This document shows, piece by piece, positions 25,737 to 37,431 of a stretch of DNA of 64,000 nt (position 1 is its first letter; each line of letters starts with the position of its first letter). This DNA comes from Alloascoidea hylecoeti (Eukaryota), in the NCBI GenBank assembly GCA_001600815.1, contig BCKZ01000004.1, positions 1,267,566 through 1,331,565 of the forward strand, read 5' to 3'. Below the pieces are notes generated by a model that made no database searches, had not been told where the DNA came from, and saw nothing but the letters and a program-made list of their open reading frames with translations. Made by a program: the position numbers and the translations under genes.

Positions 25737-27929
25737 TTAAATGCTCGATTCTCTTCTAATATAATGAAACTGATTCATCTTACTTCTAAAAGATATCTCT
25801 GAAAAGTCAATGAAGTTTATTTTATTTTTCCGTGAAGAACTGTCAGAAGTTGGTACATGATAGATCCTGTTTTTATCAACCCCAAGTTGTAATTGAGACA
25901 TCTGCATTCTATAAACCTGTGTTCCAATATGGTCGTATAAATACGGCTCATTTAATTTCCAGTTGGATCGAGATCCTATACTTGCAAGATGTTCACCAGT
26001 ACTAATTTTATACATTTCAACTGAATTTTTACCTTCAGATTTGGCGTTACATTTTTTAGATATTTCTTCTAGTTTCAAAAATAAAATTATATCTTCTTTT
26101 AAATTAAATGAAACTACCGAATATGAAAACTTTCTCTTTTGTAAATCGGCTGCGTCTGTATTAATGACCCATATCTTAAAAGATACCTTTCCTTCGTTAT
26201 CTATGCGTCCAATAGTTAATGGGTATATATTGTTCTCAATATCAGCATGAAATTCATACATAATATTCCTAAATAATGCGAAAAAGTTTGAATTACCTCT
26301 GAAATTTCTTAGGGTGATGTTTTGTAATCCTATAACTGGGCCACAATAATTAAAATTGCTTGTAACTGAAGATGAGGATAGCCTCGGTAAGTCATAAACC
26401 TCAGTACTAACATTAATTATCGTACATATTCCATTCTCTGGATTATCCAATTTCAAACTCGTCACTAAAATTTTAGAAAGTTCTGGTTGATTATTAGTGG
26501 AAAACTTAAATACAATTCTAATATCTGTAGTTTCTTCACAATTGTCCTGAATTTGATCAGACATTGATACGTGTACACGACTTCGAAATCCACAATAATT
26601 ATCATCACTTTCAAGTGCAATATTCTCAATTGTACAATCTCTGAAAAAATTTTGTAGATCTGAGAATTTAGATTCATCTTGGATTTCGCCTGTTTTTAAA
26701 TCCAATATTTTAAACGTAATCATTTGTCCAATACAACTGAAAATGATAGCTTCATTTAAACGATCGTCTATTCTTAATACTCTATTATGTATTAACATGT
26801 CTTTAGTTTCATTCCAGGGTGCTAACAAAGGTGGTAGTTTTGGTATTGTGATCTGGCCTATAAATTGACCATTACCATCGATTTTAATTTGAACAACTTC
26901 CACGCTTTCCAAGTTACTAAAAAGTAGGATTTTGTTTTTATGCTCATCAAAAATAAAATCAGACACAAATGGGAAATCCAATCGATAATAATTTGGCAAT
27001 AGACTATTTAGTCTCCATGGTAGTGTGTTTAGGTAAGTTGAAACAATTGTTTTAATAGCAATTTCAAAATTAGATATTGGTAATTTTTTAATGTAATAAT
27101 TATGATTTATGTTATTAATATGATTATAATTGTAGTTAAGCAATGAACTTTCAACAACATCGAGAGAAACTATAGTAACACCTGTGTTATGCATTATAAA
27201 TATGTTATCTTTGTTGGTTTTTATTTTAGTCATTTTCCAATCTACCATTCTGAGAGCGAAATCTTTTGAAGAGACTCTATTTAAATAACTTGTATGAGCC
27301 ATTGATAGATTATATCCTTGAAATTTATTTAAATTATTGTCATATATTATCAGTTCTGAACTGATATCATTATAGGCCAATATAAAATTCCCAATATTCA
27401 GACTTATAAAGTTATAATGAAATCCTACTTTATCGATTAGGATTGGTGTTGACTTGAGATAAGTTGGGTTGATACTATAAGTTGTCTCTTTCATCATATT
27501 TCTTATCCTAGATTGAATATCAAAATAAAATTTATATATAAATCCATTATTCAAATAGTTTGTTAAGATCTTGTCTAATATAATTGACTTATTTCTGTCA
27601 CCCTTATTTATGAATTCTACTCTCATTTTACATTCATAGAAAATTATATCTGATAACCATTTATCAAAATTTATTTTTTCATAATTTGATAACCTTTTTC
27701 TCCATAAGTCAAGTTCAAAAATTTCCCTGCTCCAACAACTAGAAACATTATTCATAGCGATTAGATCTGTACAAGAGCAGCTTGAAAAAATGATTCCATT
27801 AATATCTGTGGGTAGATATATCACAGGATCCTTCAAAGAATCATGCGTATCAGAATCAATTTGACTATTTTTATCATCATTTGAATTATTGTTTTCATCA
27901 TTTGAATTATTGTTAACGAATCCAGACAT
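25737..27929 (-). CDS. F-box domain protein (730 aa)
   Basis: Long intronless ORF; N-terminal YLPTDINGIIFSSCSCTDLIAMNNVSSCWSREI fits the F-box consensus; the remainder looks beta-rich but is unassigned. Confidence 0.75.
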   Translation of the reverse strand: MSGFVNNNSNDENNNSNDDKNSQIDSDTHDSLKDPVIYLPTDINGIIFSSCSCTDLIAMNNVSSCWSREIFELDLWRKRLSNYEKINFDKWLSDIIFYECKMRVEFINKGDRNKSIILDKILTNYLNNGFIYKFYFDIQSRIRNMMKETTYSINPTYLKSTPILIDKVGFHYNFISLNIGNFILAYNDISSELIIYDNNLNKFQGYNLSMAHTSYLNRVSSKDFALRMVDWKMTKIKTNKDNIFIMHNTGVTIVSLDVVESSLLNYNYNHINNINHNYYIKKLPISNFEIAIKTIVSTYLNTLPWRLNSLLPNYYRLDFPFVSDFIFDEHKNKILLFSNLESVEVVQIKIDGNGQFIGQITIPKLPPLLAPWNETKDMLIHNRVLRIDDRLNEAIIFSCIGQMITFKILDLKTGEIQDESKFSDLQNFFRDCTIENIALESDDNYCGFRSRVHVSMSDQIQDNCEETTDIRIVFKFSTNNQPELSKILVTSLKLDNPENGICTIINVSTEVYDLPRLSSSSVTSNFNYCGPVIGLQNITLRNFRGNSNFFALFRNIMYEFHADIENNIYPLTIGRIDNEGKVSFKIWVINTDAADLQKRKFSYSVVSFNLKEDIILFLKLEEISKKCNAKSEGKNSVEMYKISTGEHLASIGSRSNWKLNEPYLYDHIGTQVYRMQMSQLQLGVDKNRIYHVPTSDSSSRKNKINFIDFSEISFRSKMNQFHYIRRESSI

Positions 27930-28499
27930 TACTGAAAAAATATATTGTAAGCGCCGAGAATATTATGAAACTAAAGCTTAAGAGAAATTATTTTCGAAAT
28001 ATAAAAGGGTTTGTGGAATGACTGCTCACGTTCTAACAACCACTCACGCCTAAACCATTTTCTAAAATTCATTAATGACAAAATTGTCGATCAAAATGAA
28101 CTCCAATAACCAATTGTTATAATCAATTAACTAACTATAAATGAATTAATGAATGATATATTAGAGATAAATTACACTGAATTTAAAACAGCCATGGAGG
28201 TATATAAACTCTAAGAACTCGGATAATATCAAATAACTTTAACATATTTGAATATCCACGGCTCCATATTCATCATTGCTTCTCTAGATATATGCCCCCC
28301 TCATTATCAGCATTTTCATGCTATATCTATATTCAAACTTATTGTCATCACGAGTTTTAAAATCATCACGATCAGGGAATTTTTCTTCAACTTCTGCATA
28401 AGGCTTTCCAATTTAATTGAGAATATTTTAAAAGTATTACAGTTTGTTGAGTTATTTTTAATGTTGAACTCCAAACAGTTGATTCTTGATTTAATAATA

Positions 28500-29235
28500 A
28501 ACTGTTGGAGATATCATGTATGATATTGTGGGTTTATAGTTTAGTGATACAAGAAAGAAAAACTACTTAAAACATTATTGAAGGAAATTGCTGAATTTGC
28601 ATTTGATGGGTCCGAAACTGTAACAGCAACGACCAGCAAATATTTTGGTATTTTTAGAGAATTGGAATCAGGGAAAGTAAGCTTTCCAATAGAAATTCAG
28701 AATTTGTTGCTTCTTAATTCATTGGAAGGGAACAAAAAAAATATGAAATCATTGTTGATGAGTTATTGAAAATGAAGAGAAGACAACAAGAGTAATTATG
28801 GAAAAGTTAAATGCTTTAGAAGATGTACAAAAAGCAAAAGTGGCGAATGAATTATATGTGAATAGTATTCAGTCCAAGAACAAAACTGAAGCTAATAAAA
28901 ATAATCATAACAAAAGAAATATAGTAAAATGCTATAATTGTAGAAAAAGAAACCATTATTCATGTAGATTCCCAAAACAGTGCCTAAATTTCAAATCTCC
29001 TGACCACTACTTGCGCGAGTGTAATGAAAAAAGAAAGTAACAACTTTAAAAAAAATTATAATCAGAAATATAAATATGAGATATATATATGTTGATACTG
29101 ATGCAGAAAGTATATGGAATATTAATATTGTGAACTATAATAGTGAGGTAGTATTAGATACAGAACATATATCAACGAAAAATATAAACATTAAATATCA
29201 CGATTTGTGATGATTATAATTAAAAGGTGGAGGCA
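28500..29235 (+). mobile_element. Degenerate Ty1/copia LTR-retrotransposon relic (gag plus RNase H end, internally deleted)
   Basis: Gag-like LLKEIAEFAFDGSETV…FRELES…IQNLLLLNSL, two decayed CCHC knuckles (KCYNCRKRNHYSC; QCLNFKSPDHYLREC), then TKNINIKYH (~29175) resembling copia RNase H TKHIDIKYH; no LTRs recognised. Confidence 0.7.
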
Positions 29236-29754
29236 AAGAGTTATTTTACATGGAAATTTTATTTTTATTAATCTAACCTAATTAAATATTTACACTTCAA
29301 TACTATAGGAATATTCTTTAAAGGATAAATTTGTTTCTCTATAGTAATGAAGGCTATTTTACTGTTCGCTTATTAATTCCTGATGATATAAAGAACCATT
29401 TTATAGTTACCAATCTATATCATCTCAAGAATTTGTTTTCAATCTCTCTATTATTTTCCAAAGTATAATAAATTAAATAGCAGCATTCTAGGAATATATA
29501 GAAATTATTGCAACTGAAAGGAAAGAAAATTTAGAAGGGAGTTTAGGAGATATATTCTAACATTAAATAATTATCAAATATTAATAGGTCTTAAATACAA
29601 ACAAGTTAAATTAAATTAATATTATGTTACATTTCCCTTGTAGTGGGGAATTAATATTATTAAATTTATATCAATTGAGATTTCTTTAAACAACAGTATA
29701 TGTTTATTTTCAATCTTCAATAGATCGTGATTATAAATGTTTTAAATATTTTTT

Positions 29755-30430
29755 CTATAAATTTTCAGTAAAGTCATAAATAACAAAGCCACCATCGATA
29801 CTAACCTTTTTGAATTAGAATCAATTGAGAAATAATCTAGTTGAAAATCGCTTTCTCTGTTATTTTTATATACTTTAAACAATTTTAAATCATAATAGTA
29901 TAATTACCCTCAACCGAAATGATTTTATTATTATCGATATCTATAAATATTACGTATACATGATGTTTAATCTGTTCCTTCATATGGTAAAACATCTATT
30001 AGTTTAAAATCTGGCAAACCTCGAATTATACAAGACCCATCCCATGAACCACAAACCAAATATTTATCATCAATATCCATACAACAAACAACATTCAAAT
30101 GAAAGTTGAAATATATATTTTCTTTTAATTCCAAGATATCATTATCTGAAAATTTTCCTCTATCATCAAAACCAATATTTACTCCTAATTGTAATAAAAA
30201 CTCAATATTGGTTCACCTATAACTTTTAAACATTGAAAAGTTTCGCTGTCCCAAAGTCTTATTGTAAGTAATCTGCTGAACCAGTTAAAATTAAATTTTT
30301 AACACAAATTGTATTATTATTATGACTAGTTAATATATTCTTTGTAAATTTATTATTTTTCCAATTTGATTCTAAAAGATGAAGTTACTTATATAATTCA
30401 TACCATGAATCAGTTTCTGAATTATCATTA
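29755..30430 (-). pseudogene. WD40-repeat protein pseudogene
   Basis: Minus-strand fragments ILTGSAD/TIRLWDSETFQCLKVIGEP and VVCCMDIDDKYLVCGSWDGSCIIRGLPDFKLIDVL, interrupted by frameshifts. Confidence 0.7.
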
Positions 30431-31064
30431 TAATATTTCTAATTTTTTTGATCTTAAAACTTTGCTCTCCTATAGCTGTCAACTATTTGTTTCCATAAAA
30501 CTTATCGACTATCAGCTACTAGCTGGTCAATCGTAAAAAAAAAAAAAATTCTGCTCTAATTAATATATGTATCACTAGTTTACTCCTGTTTGGGATGGTA
30601 TTGTATTCGTAATGTTCGGTCACTATATGCCTACATGTAAGTTATGCTCTTCGAAAGTCAGATCAGACCTTTGAATCAAAATATTTATAAGGAAATCTGG
30701 GCCCGTGAGCCTTTTGACACGGGTCGAAATTTAGATAATTGATCGTACTGAATTGTAAAGAGTGGTTGAGGATTCTAATACTAGAGTCCATAATGACAAG
30801 CCGTAAGTGCGTGAATATTAAACAGACTAGTAGAATACCTAGAATTCATGGAATATAAACTATTTTAAGAACATCGAAAGACGTTGTGGAGGAGTGAATA
30901 TTCGATGCAAATATGTTGATATTATTATAAACTTAATAACTTCATTTTATTGAAATATTTTATGGAAAACTTTCTCAGATGTGTAAGTTGTAGAGGGTTT
31001 CTCTATGAGAATTCTTACATCGTGAGTTTGAAACAAGAAATAAATCAACCTTGTTGAATAAAAT

Positions 31065-31293
31065 CACATAACACGATCTTTGGAATTAAATCTACGCCGG
31101 TTCTCAGTTATCCACCAGAACATAATATTTAATTCCTTTCCCTTTCTCTCCTTTTAAAAACTCTAATAAAAATTATCTTCTTGATCAATGTTAATCATTG
31201 CTCAATATATATCTATTCTGAATTGTTTCTTTTAGCTACGGTTGGTACTAAGGCCATTAATCAAATATTTAATTCCAAAGATCGTGTTATGTG
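31065..31293. mobile_element. MITE-like element with perfect 27-bp terminal inverted repeats
   Basis: cacataacacgatctttggaattaaat (31065-31091) is the exact reverse complement of 31267-31293; non-coding interior; no TSD evident. Confidence 0.7.
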
Positions 31294-31515
31294 GCCATAT
31301 TTCTTCTTTTTGATAAATGATACGAAATATAACATTAAATCGTAGTAACAATAGAATGGAAATAGTCATTGGAAGTCGTACATTATTTGATCAACTTATA
31401 CAATGGCACTTTAAATTTAATTTATTAAATGGAGAGTACAATGGAAGGTATAACATGAGTAATTGATAAAGAAAATCTTGTATTAAGCCGAAGAATTATA
31501 GACATATAGTTACAT

Positions 31516-32453
31516 TTAATCTTTAAGTAAAGCTTCTCTCTTCTCAGCAATTCTTTGGGCTCTTCTTTCTCTAGCAGCCTTATTTCTTAAACGACGAGCT
31601 TCAGCTTCATCAGTTAAATGCTTAGCTCTTAAAGCTTCAGCTTTAGCCTTGATAACGTGTTCAATAACTTGTCTCTTGTGTTTGAAAGCATTACCTTTAA
31701 CCATTTTATATAATTCATGGTACAAATGTTTGTCAATCTTTCCACTGGCACGGTATTTGGCTAACAATCTTCTCAAGACTCTAATACGACGCATCCATAA
31801 AACTTGAGATGGGAATCTAGCTTCTCTGGTACCCTTTCTCTTACCTTGACCAGTGTGACGACCATTACGTTTTGATTCGGCAAGGGCTCTGGCACGGGAA
31901 CGAGAGTGGACGGTTTGTGGTTTGGCAATAATGTAACCATTGGCAACTAATTTCTTAATGGATTGACGAGAGTTGGCATTTCCGATTTCAGTCGTTTCTG
32001 AAGGATCGAGCCAGACTTTACGCTCACCAACTTTTAAAACGCTGGCGGCGAGACGCTTTTGGGTACTTAAATTTGGCCTATAAAAGATGTTAATTCGATT
32101 CTCAATTATACAAAATCTTGAAGTGTTTGGAGGGGAAATGTTGAGTTTGTCTGAACATAAGACGTCTGATATGTGTAATATTATAATTATCATTCTCTTT
32201 CCTCTCGTTGTTATTATCGTTCTGATATTAATATATGCCAATGGTTTTCTTTGTTTATTATAATTGCCCATTCATTCAATCATATCTCATGTTGCAAAAC
32301 TTCACCATTCCCAAGAAAATCATTCATCTCATGTTGTAAGATTTTACCATTCCCAAAAAATCCATTCATTTCAAAAATAAGAAACTGCTTCGGTTTAAAA
32401 ATCCCCTCCTCCATCACTTTAAGAAAAGATCTATTCTCTATTGTTACTTACAT
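31516..32453 (-). CDS. RPL19: 60S ribosomal protein eL19; exons 32453-32452 (AT) and 32077-31516 (187 aa)
   Basis: [26 protein letters not shown]…[16 protein letters not shown]; the start codon is split AT|G by a 374-nt intron GTAAGT…ATTAAC…TAG. Confidence 0.97.
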
Positions 32454-32583
32454 TGCTGATAAGTCGGATTCAAGACGTTAAAACAAGTAGTAAAAGTTTC
32501 AATTATCAGTGACACACATCCAATCACTCATTTAGTATGAAATTTACACATTCTGATATATTCACGTATTCTAGCAAAATGAA

Positions 32584-32599
32584 CAGTCACATAGGGTTT
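32584..32599. promoter_or_regulatory. Homol-D box (CAGTCACA) with adjacent TAGGGTTT in the RPL19 promoter
   Basis: Exact CAGTCACA ~130 bp upstream of the RPL19 ATG, directly followed by a TAGGG (Tbf1/Homol-E-like) motif; both are known fungal ribosomal-protein promoter elements. Confidence 0.65.
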
Positions 32600-32875
32600 A
32601 GACCTTTACTTATATTGTTTACCCGGATGAATTAAAGTTTAATCTATCATTATGGCCATAATGGTAAAATATTGGTTTAGACCGACCTCTTTTCTCTAAG
32701 GCCCCATTTAGGCCTAGGAAAAACCTGCTCAATTAATATTTCTGATAAATACACTTGTATTGATTTGCTTGAAATTAGGATTAATTGAGGTGGAACTTCA
32801 AGCAATTACTCATACTTTCTAATTTCGGTCTTGCCTTAGTTTCCCTTTCATTATAGATATAAGTAACTATTAAAT

Positions 32876-33541
32876 ATGCAAAACGCTAATTATAACATGG
32901 ACTCACCGCCACATCGCGACGTCAACGTATCTAATGGTATAACAGCCCAGCTACTAGTAGAAGCGGGAGAGGAAGATGAATCTGTCTTATTACCGGCAGA
33001 TATTGTACCTGAGGAGAGAACGTTTGATACTATTGAGGAGGTCAACAAATACGTAAAGGATTACATGAAGAGGGCCAAAAATGGGATTGTTATCCAACGA
33101 AGTTGTATGAATCCCACCAAGCAAATGTATCGGCAATATGGATGTGAGTATGGTTTGAAATATTCCACTCATCGTGATTGGAAAACCACTAAGCGCCAAC
33201 GTCAAGGAAAAACACGTCGTCGGAAATGTCCTTTTTCCTTTAATGTAGCCTTTTTAAAACGAAGACATCTTTGGAAATTGGTATCAAAATGTTCATCCCA
33301 CAACCATTTACCAGCCGATTCTCCAACAGCCTTCGCCTCTATTAGACGGCGAACTCCAGAAACACGCGCATTTCTTCACTCACATTTTTCAGTTGGGATC
33401 ACTGAACCACGTATTCTAAAAAAATTGTTGGCAGATACCTCATTCGGGGCAGATATTGTAATAACTGATAAGGATATCTCTAACGAGCGTCAAGCATTCA
33501 TGGCTAAGCAGAAGGATGGCCAATCAACAACAACGAAATAG
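32876..33541 (+). CDS. Mutator/FAR1-type (WRKY-GCM1) Zn-finger DNA-binding protein without a DDE domain (221 aa)
   Basis: FDTIEEVNKYVKDY…GIVIQRS…YGCEYG…KTRRRKCPFSF…WKLVSKCSSHNH matches the FAR1/MULE N-terminal C-C-H-H domain; the ORF stops before any catalytic domain; two paralogs at 51253-51890 and 52944-53605. Confidence 0.8.
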   Translation: MQNANYNMDSPPHRDVNVSNGITAQLLVEAGEEDESVLLPADIVPEERTFDTIEEVNKYVKDYMKRAKNGIVIQRSCMNPTKQMYRQYGCEYGLKYSTHRDWKTTKRQRQGKTRRRKCPFSFNVAFLKRRHLWKLVSKCSSHNHLPADSPTAFASIRRRTPETRAFLHSHFSVGITEPRILKKLLADTSFGADIVITDKDISNERQAFMAKQKDGQSTTTK

Positions 33542-34409
33542 AAGTATAGGATTTTATTACGTTGGAATAAAACCAGAATACAGAGGTTACTCGACATTCT
33601 TAAAGCCTTAGTGTGGTGAATGCATGAGTCAATCACTGTATCTACTATCTAATACTAGAGTCATCCAGCATTAAAAAAAGAATTGTAGGATCTCCATAAC
33701 GATTTCAAATTAAATATTAACTTTAAATTTGGAGACAATTAATATTATTGAGTTAGGTCTAGATTTGAGTTATAGGGGACAATCCACAACGCTCTCAGGT
33801 TTCCGCACCGGATATTTGAAATATATTATTAATTGTGCGTAGATATATTGATGTTTTTGATATTAATTATTCCTTGTTTATTTAGTTTATAATATAAACA
33901 ATTAAATCATTGTAATCAGTATGCTGAAATTGATCGACTTCGGGTTCAATGTTTCCAGTAAGTTGTGCCTTGATCAAAATCTTAACAACTTTTTGTTCAT
34001 TAGTAGTAAGTGTCAAGGGGGGTTTGACAATAGAAGGCATGAAAGTAGAGATTGTGTTAAAATATAAACTTCCATGATGGATGTTCGTTCCATTTGTAAA
34101 GTCTTCAATTTGAATAACATTCCCCGTGCTAGTTAATTCCATTAACGTTTGATACATCACCAGAATGACAATCTATTAATAAATCAGCACGGAAATGTTA
34201 AATACAATTATTGGTCAACTAGACACGAATTATACCAATTACAATTACAATAAGAAAAAAACGAAGTATCTAGGAAATCTTCAAAGGCCGAGCAAAAGCA
34301 CAAAAATATCCGATAGTTAGCGTCAATCTTCATACTCATCTAAAGAATATAAATTGTAATCAAGCGCAATCTAAATATTTACGGATTTGAAAAAACATTC
34401 TGGATCTCA

Positions 34410-34990
34410 TAAAACATTACAACTATGGAATGTTTTCAAAAGCTGTATTTCATCCTAGAATTTTTAGAAATGCTGAAAAATGCGAGACTTCAACATCATT
34501 TGTTGGATATAAAACAAGTCTTCCGGCTGCTACATTGGCTAGATTAGCACATACAACAGGTGAAAAAGAAAAGGGAATATTAGATTGTTACAAAACGGTA
34601 TATATTATTTAGATTTATATGATTAGTAATAATAATAATACATCAATGCCGTTGAATTATTGAAACGGAGCCAAGGAGCAATGATCAAATTTGGTTTATC
34701 CAACTATATGTTCAAAGAGAGAAACGTGAAAGGATGCTGAAGAGGATTATTCAAACTGGTAGATTGGAAGCTGTAGTTTTGACTCTATAAACGCCTGTTC
34801 TAGGTAAACGAGAAGGTGATGCAAGAGGATGAAGATGAGAAATAAAAAACTTCATTAACAGTAGGAGCATTTGTGTGAATGGTTACAACGACAGGATCGG
34901 AATTTACCCCTACAGAAAAAATCTTGGGAATCAGAAAGTCATATAGATTTATTACGCATATGACCAAACCCTTTAGTTATTAAAGAAATA
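34410..34990 (+). pseudogene. FMN-dependent alpha-hydroxy acid dehydrogenase (Cyb2/glycolate oxidase-like) pseudogene
   Basis: Fragments FSKAVFHPRIFRN…TSTSFVGYKTSLP, AATLARLAHTTGEK, QLYVQRE, PVLGKREGDAR and TKPLVIK across frames, with deletions and stops. Confidence 0.8.
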
Positions 34991-35595
34991 AGTATTTAAT
35001 GAAGTTTAAATTTCAAAAAATATTCACATTTCTCTCTATTTATATCTCATAGATAAATAAAATGAAGTTAGAATAAAATCTTATACATACCAATTTGTAA
35101 TAAACTTTGAATTCGAAGTATAAGGTCCTTATAAGAATAAATTAAAAAATTCAGTAAATTTGCGAATATTATCACAAATAATTAACAGGCACAGTTTTCT
35201 TTTTCCTAAACAATATCAATATCAATGTTACAGGAATAAAAGAAACAACCTAGTTAAATATCACCCCCCAAGGAGGGAATGTGTATAATTAATAAATTGC
35301 AAAATATCATCATAATTTTAGTATCGCCAGTTTTTGTATGTAAAGGAGAACTCTATGTTCAAGTATGTAATTAGACAAAGATGCCATAAGACAACATTAG
35401 CGAAATGTATGCTAAGTTTCTGTTAACCAAACCTATAACAACAATCTTCAAAAGCTTAAGTCTTTAAAAAATTGAGAAGGAGTATTATAGGTGATTTATT
35501 TTACCCGCAAATACCAATTTTCTAAATATTATAACTTTATTGGTTATGGGGGTGGAGTCGATATATTATAAACTAAGTAACAATTCGTGAGTATA

Positions 35596-36004
35596 CAGTT
35601 TTTCCATCTATTACCCGGCGCTATTTTCTAAACTTATTAGCGTTACGTCTGGGAATTAATGAGTGCTATTTCCGTATATTAATTAGCCTCCTTTTTTGGA
35701 AATTAATTATTGATGTTTCAGATAATTAGTTAGCGTTAGCTAGGAAATTTTCGTAGCCTATATGGGATAATTAATTGGTCAGGTTGGCATTATATTCAAA
35801 ATTTAATTAGCGCTATTTTAATAAATTATTTAACGAACCATTTGAATTATTAATTAGTCAATTCTCCAAAATTTAGATAGTTAGCAATGTTGTTGAAAGT
35901 TAATTAGAGACGTCTTTGGAATTTATTTAGCCATAAATTTGACAAATATTTAGCAATATGTATGAGAAATGATTAGCGTATTATTATATTACGTGGTCCA
36001 ACTA
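35596..36004 (+). repeat. Degenerate 23-bp-period tandem array (~16 units) beginning at a pogo-type TIR end
   Basis: The TTAG core ends at 35640, 35663, 35686, 35710, 35733, 35756, (35778/35787), 35810, 35833, 35857, (35880/35884), 35907, 35930, 35953, 35976; the array is preceded by TA|CAGTTTTTCCA at 35594. Confidence 0.75.
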
Positions 36005-37431
36005 TTCCTTTAAATGACTCGGTTGTAGCGACGGATGAGGTTCCACCTCAACAGCAAGAATGATGGAAACAAAATATTCAACATAATACAATATCATTGA
36101 GAAATCCGAGAAGAACTTATGAAAGAACGAGCAGCTGTTAATCTCGATGACAATTATGATGATAAACTACTTGGTGGCACCTTTAGTTTATGTGAGAATT
36201 AATAGTAATATTTGCATTTTACATATTTAGTTAAAATTCTTTATATTTGATGTTGATTAGATAGTTTCAAGTACTATATCAACAGTACTACCATTATGAA
36301 TCATTGTAGCTGTTTTTTGTAGGCTGGTGAGGCTCCTCAAACGTATTCAAGAGGGGCTTTCACAGGATTCAGAATATTATTTCCTGCTTTTCAGTAACTT
36401 CTGCTGTAGGATTTCTTGTGAGGTACATGTTACACAATGAGGAGTTGTTTAAATTTCTAAATGGCCGCACCGGTAATAATATGATCGAAAATTTAGTCAT
36501 TGGAATTTCCTAAAACTAATAATTAGCATGGCCGAAATTAAGTAAAATGACTCAGTAGAGCTCATCATCTCCTGAGATATATCTGGTCGATTAATTGATC
36601 TAAGAAGCTAAAAGGCATTTCTTTTTCAGCCATCATTCCCTTTTTGGCATAACAAATTAACACATTAGTTAAATGATTCACATCAAAGTTTAATACTACT
36701 TCTTTAGATACTGACATAGACCCTCCACCGTGGTATTCTTTCTATAAGAGTTTTAACCTGGCATCGAGTGTAATTCATCTTATTAAAGAATTTGGGGTTC
36801 AATATGACTTCTTCCCGTAGGTTCGACTATTCTCATTTATTTGTCTCTTGATGTGGCTTACCTATATCTATTAGCATTAATATTGTTATACGTTGGTATA
36901 TTTTATATTACAGAAAATTTATTAGCAATTAAAAATTATAAATATATAGCAACAAATTAATAAGAAAAATAGAAAAAATAACGATTTAAGAATTTTAAAA
37001 GAAAAAAAAAGAATATACAATATATTGTATGAACATGATATACATATATAAAACATGATAATCTAAAAATTTATAGGTATAGCACAAGAAATAAAGAAAA
37101 AATGAAATGTAGAATATGAAATGAAGAATGAAGAATATAAAATACAACTGTAGTAATCATAATGAAGAGATGTAAAGATAGATGATGATGAAATAAATAT
37201 GAATATGAATATATGAAGATAGAAAAAAATAATAAATTCAGCAAAATCCAGAACCAAAAATATAAGTTATAAGCAAAACATGTAGAAATTTAAACAAGAA
37301 CAACATCAATTGCAATGAGATAGAAAAATAATCATTATAAATAGCCAACAATAAATATAAAAAAAATGAATATGAATATGAGTATAAATAAGAAACAAGA
37401 AGCAAAAATAAATATTAAAAGAATAATCAAT

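Noticed and set aside
30699..30735. GC-rich hairpin (GGCCCGTG…CACGGGTC) as a Helitron 3' end
   Set aside because: No CTRR terminus at the expected distance and no second copy in the window.
32078..32451. Intronic snoRNA in RPL19, and the 251-aa ORF extension
   Set aside because: No convincing paired C (RUGAUGA) and D (CUGA) boxes on the sense strand; only a ~43-bp two-copy tandem repeat (~32270-32365). The ORF extension is intron read-through.
33882..34160. 92-aa ORF as a real gene
   Set aside because: No recognisable motif; lies between a cassette flank and a pseudogene.
35596..36004. CRISPR array
   Set aside because: Eukaryotic context, conserved part only ~11 bp and degenerate, linkers ~12 bp, no cas genes.
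36790..36840. tRNA gene suggested by GGTTCGA
   Set aside because: No cloverleaf stems or A-box could be built around it; no tRNA or rRNA recognised in the window.
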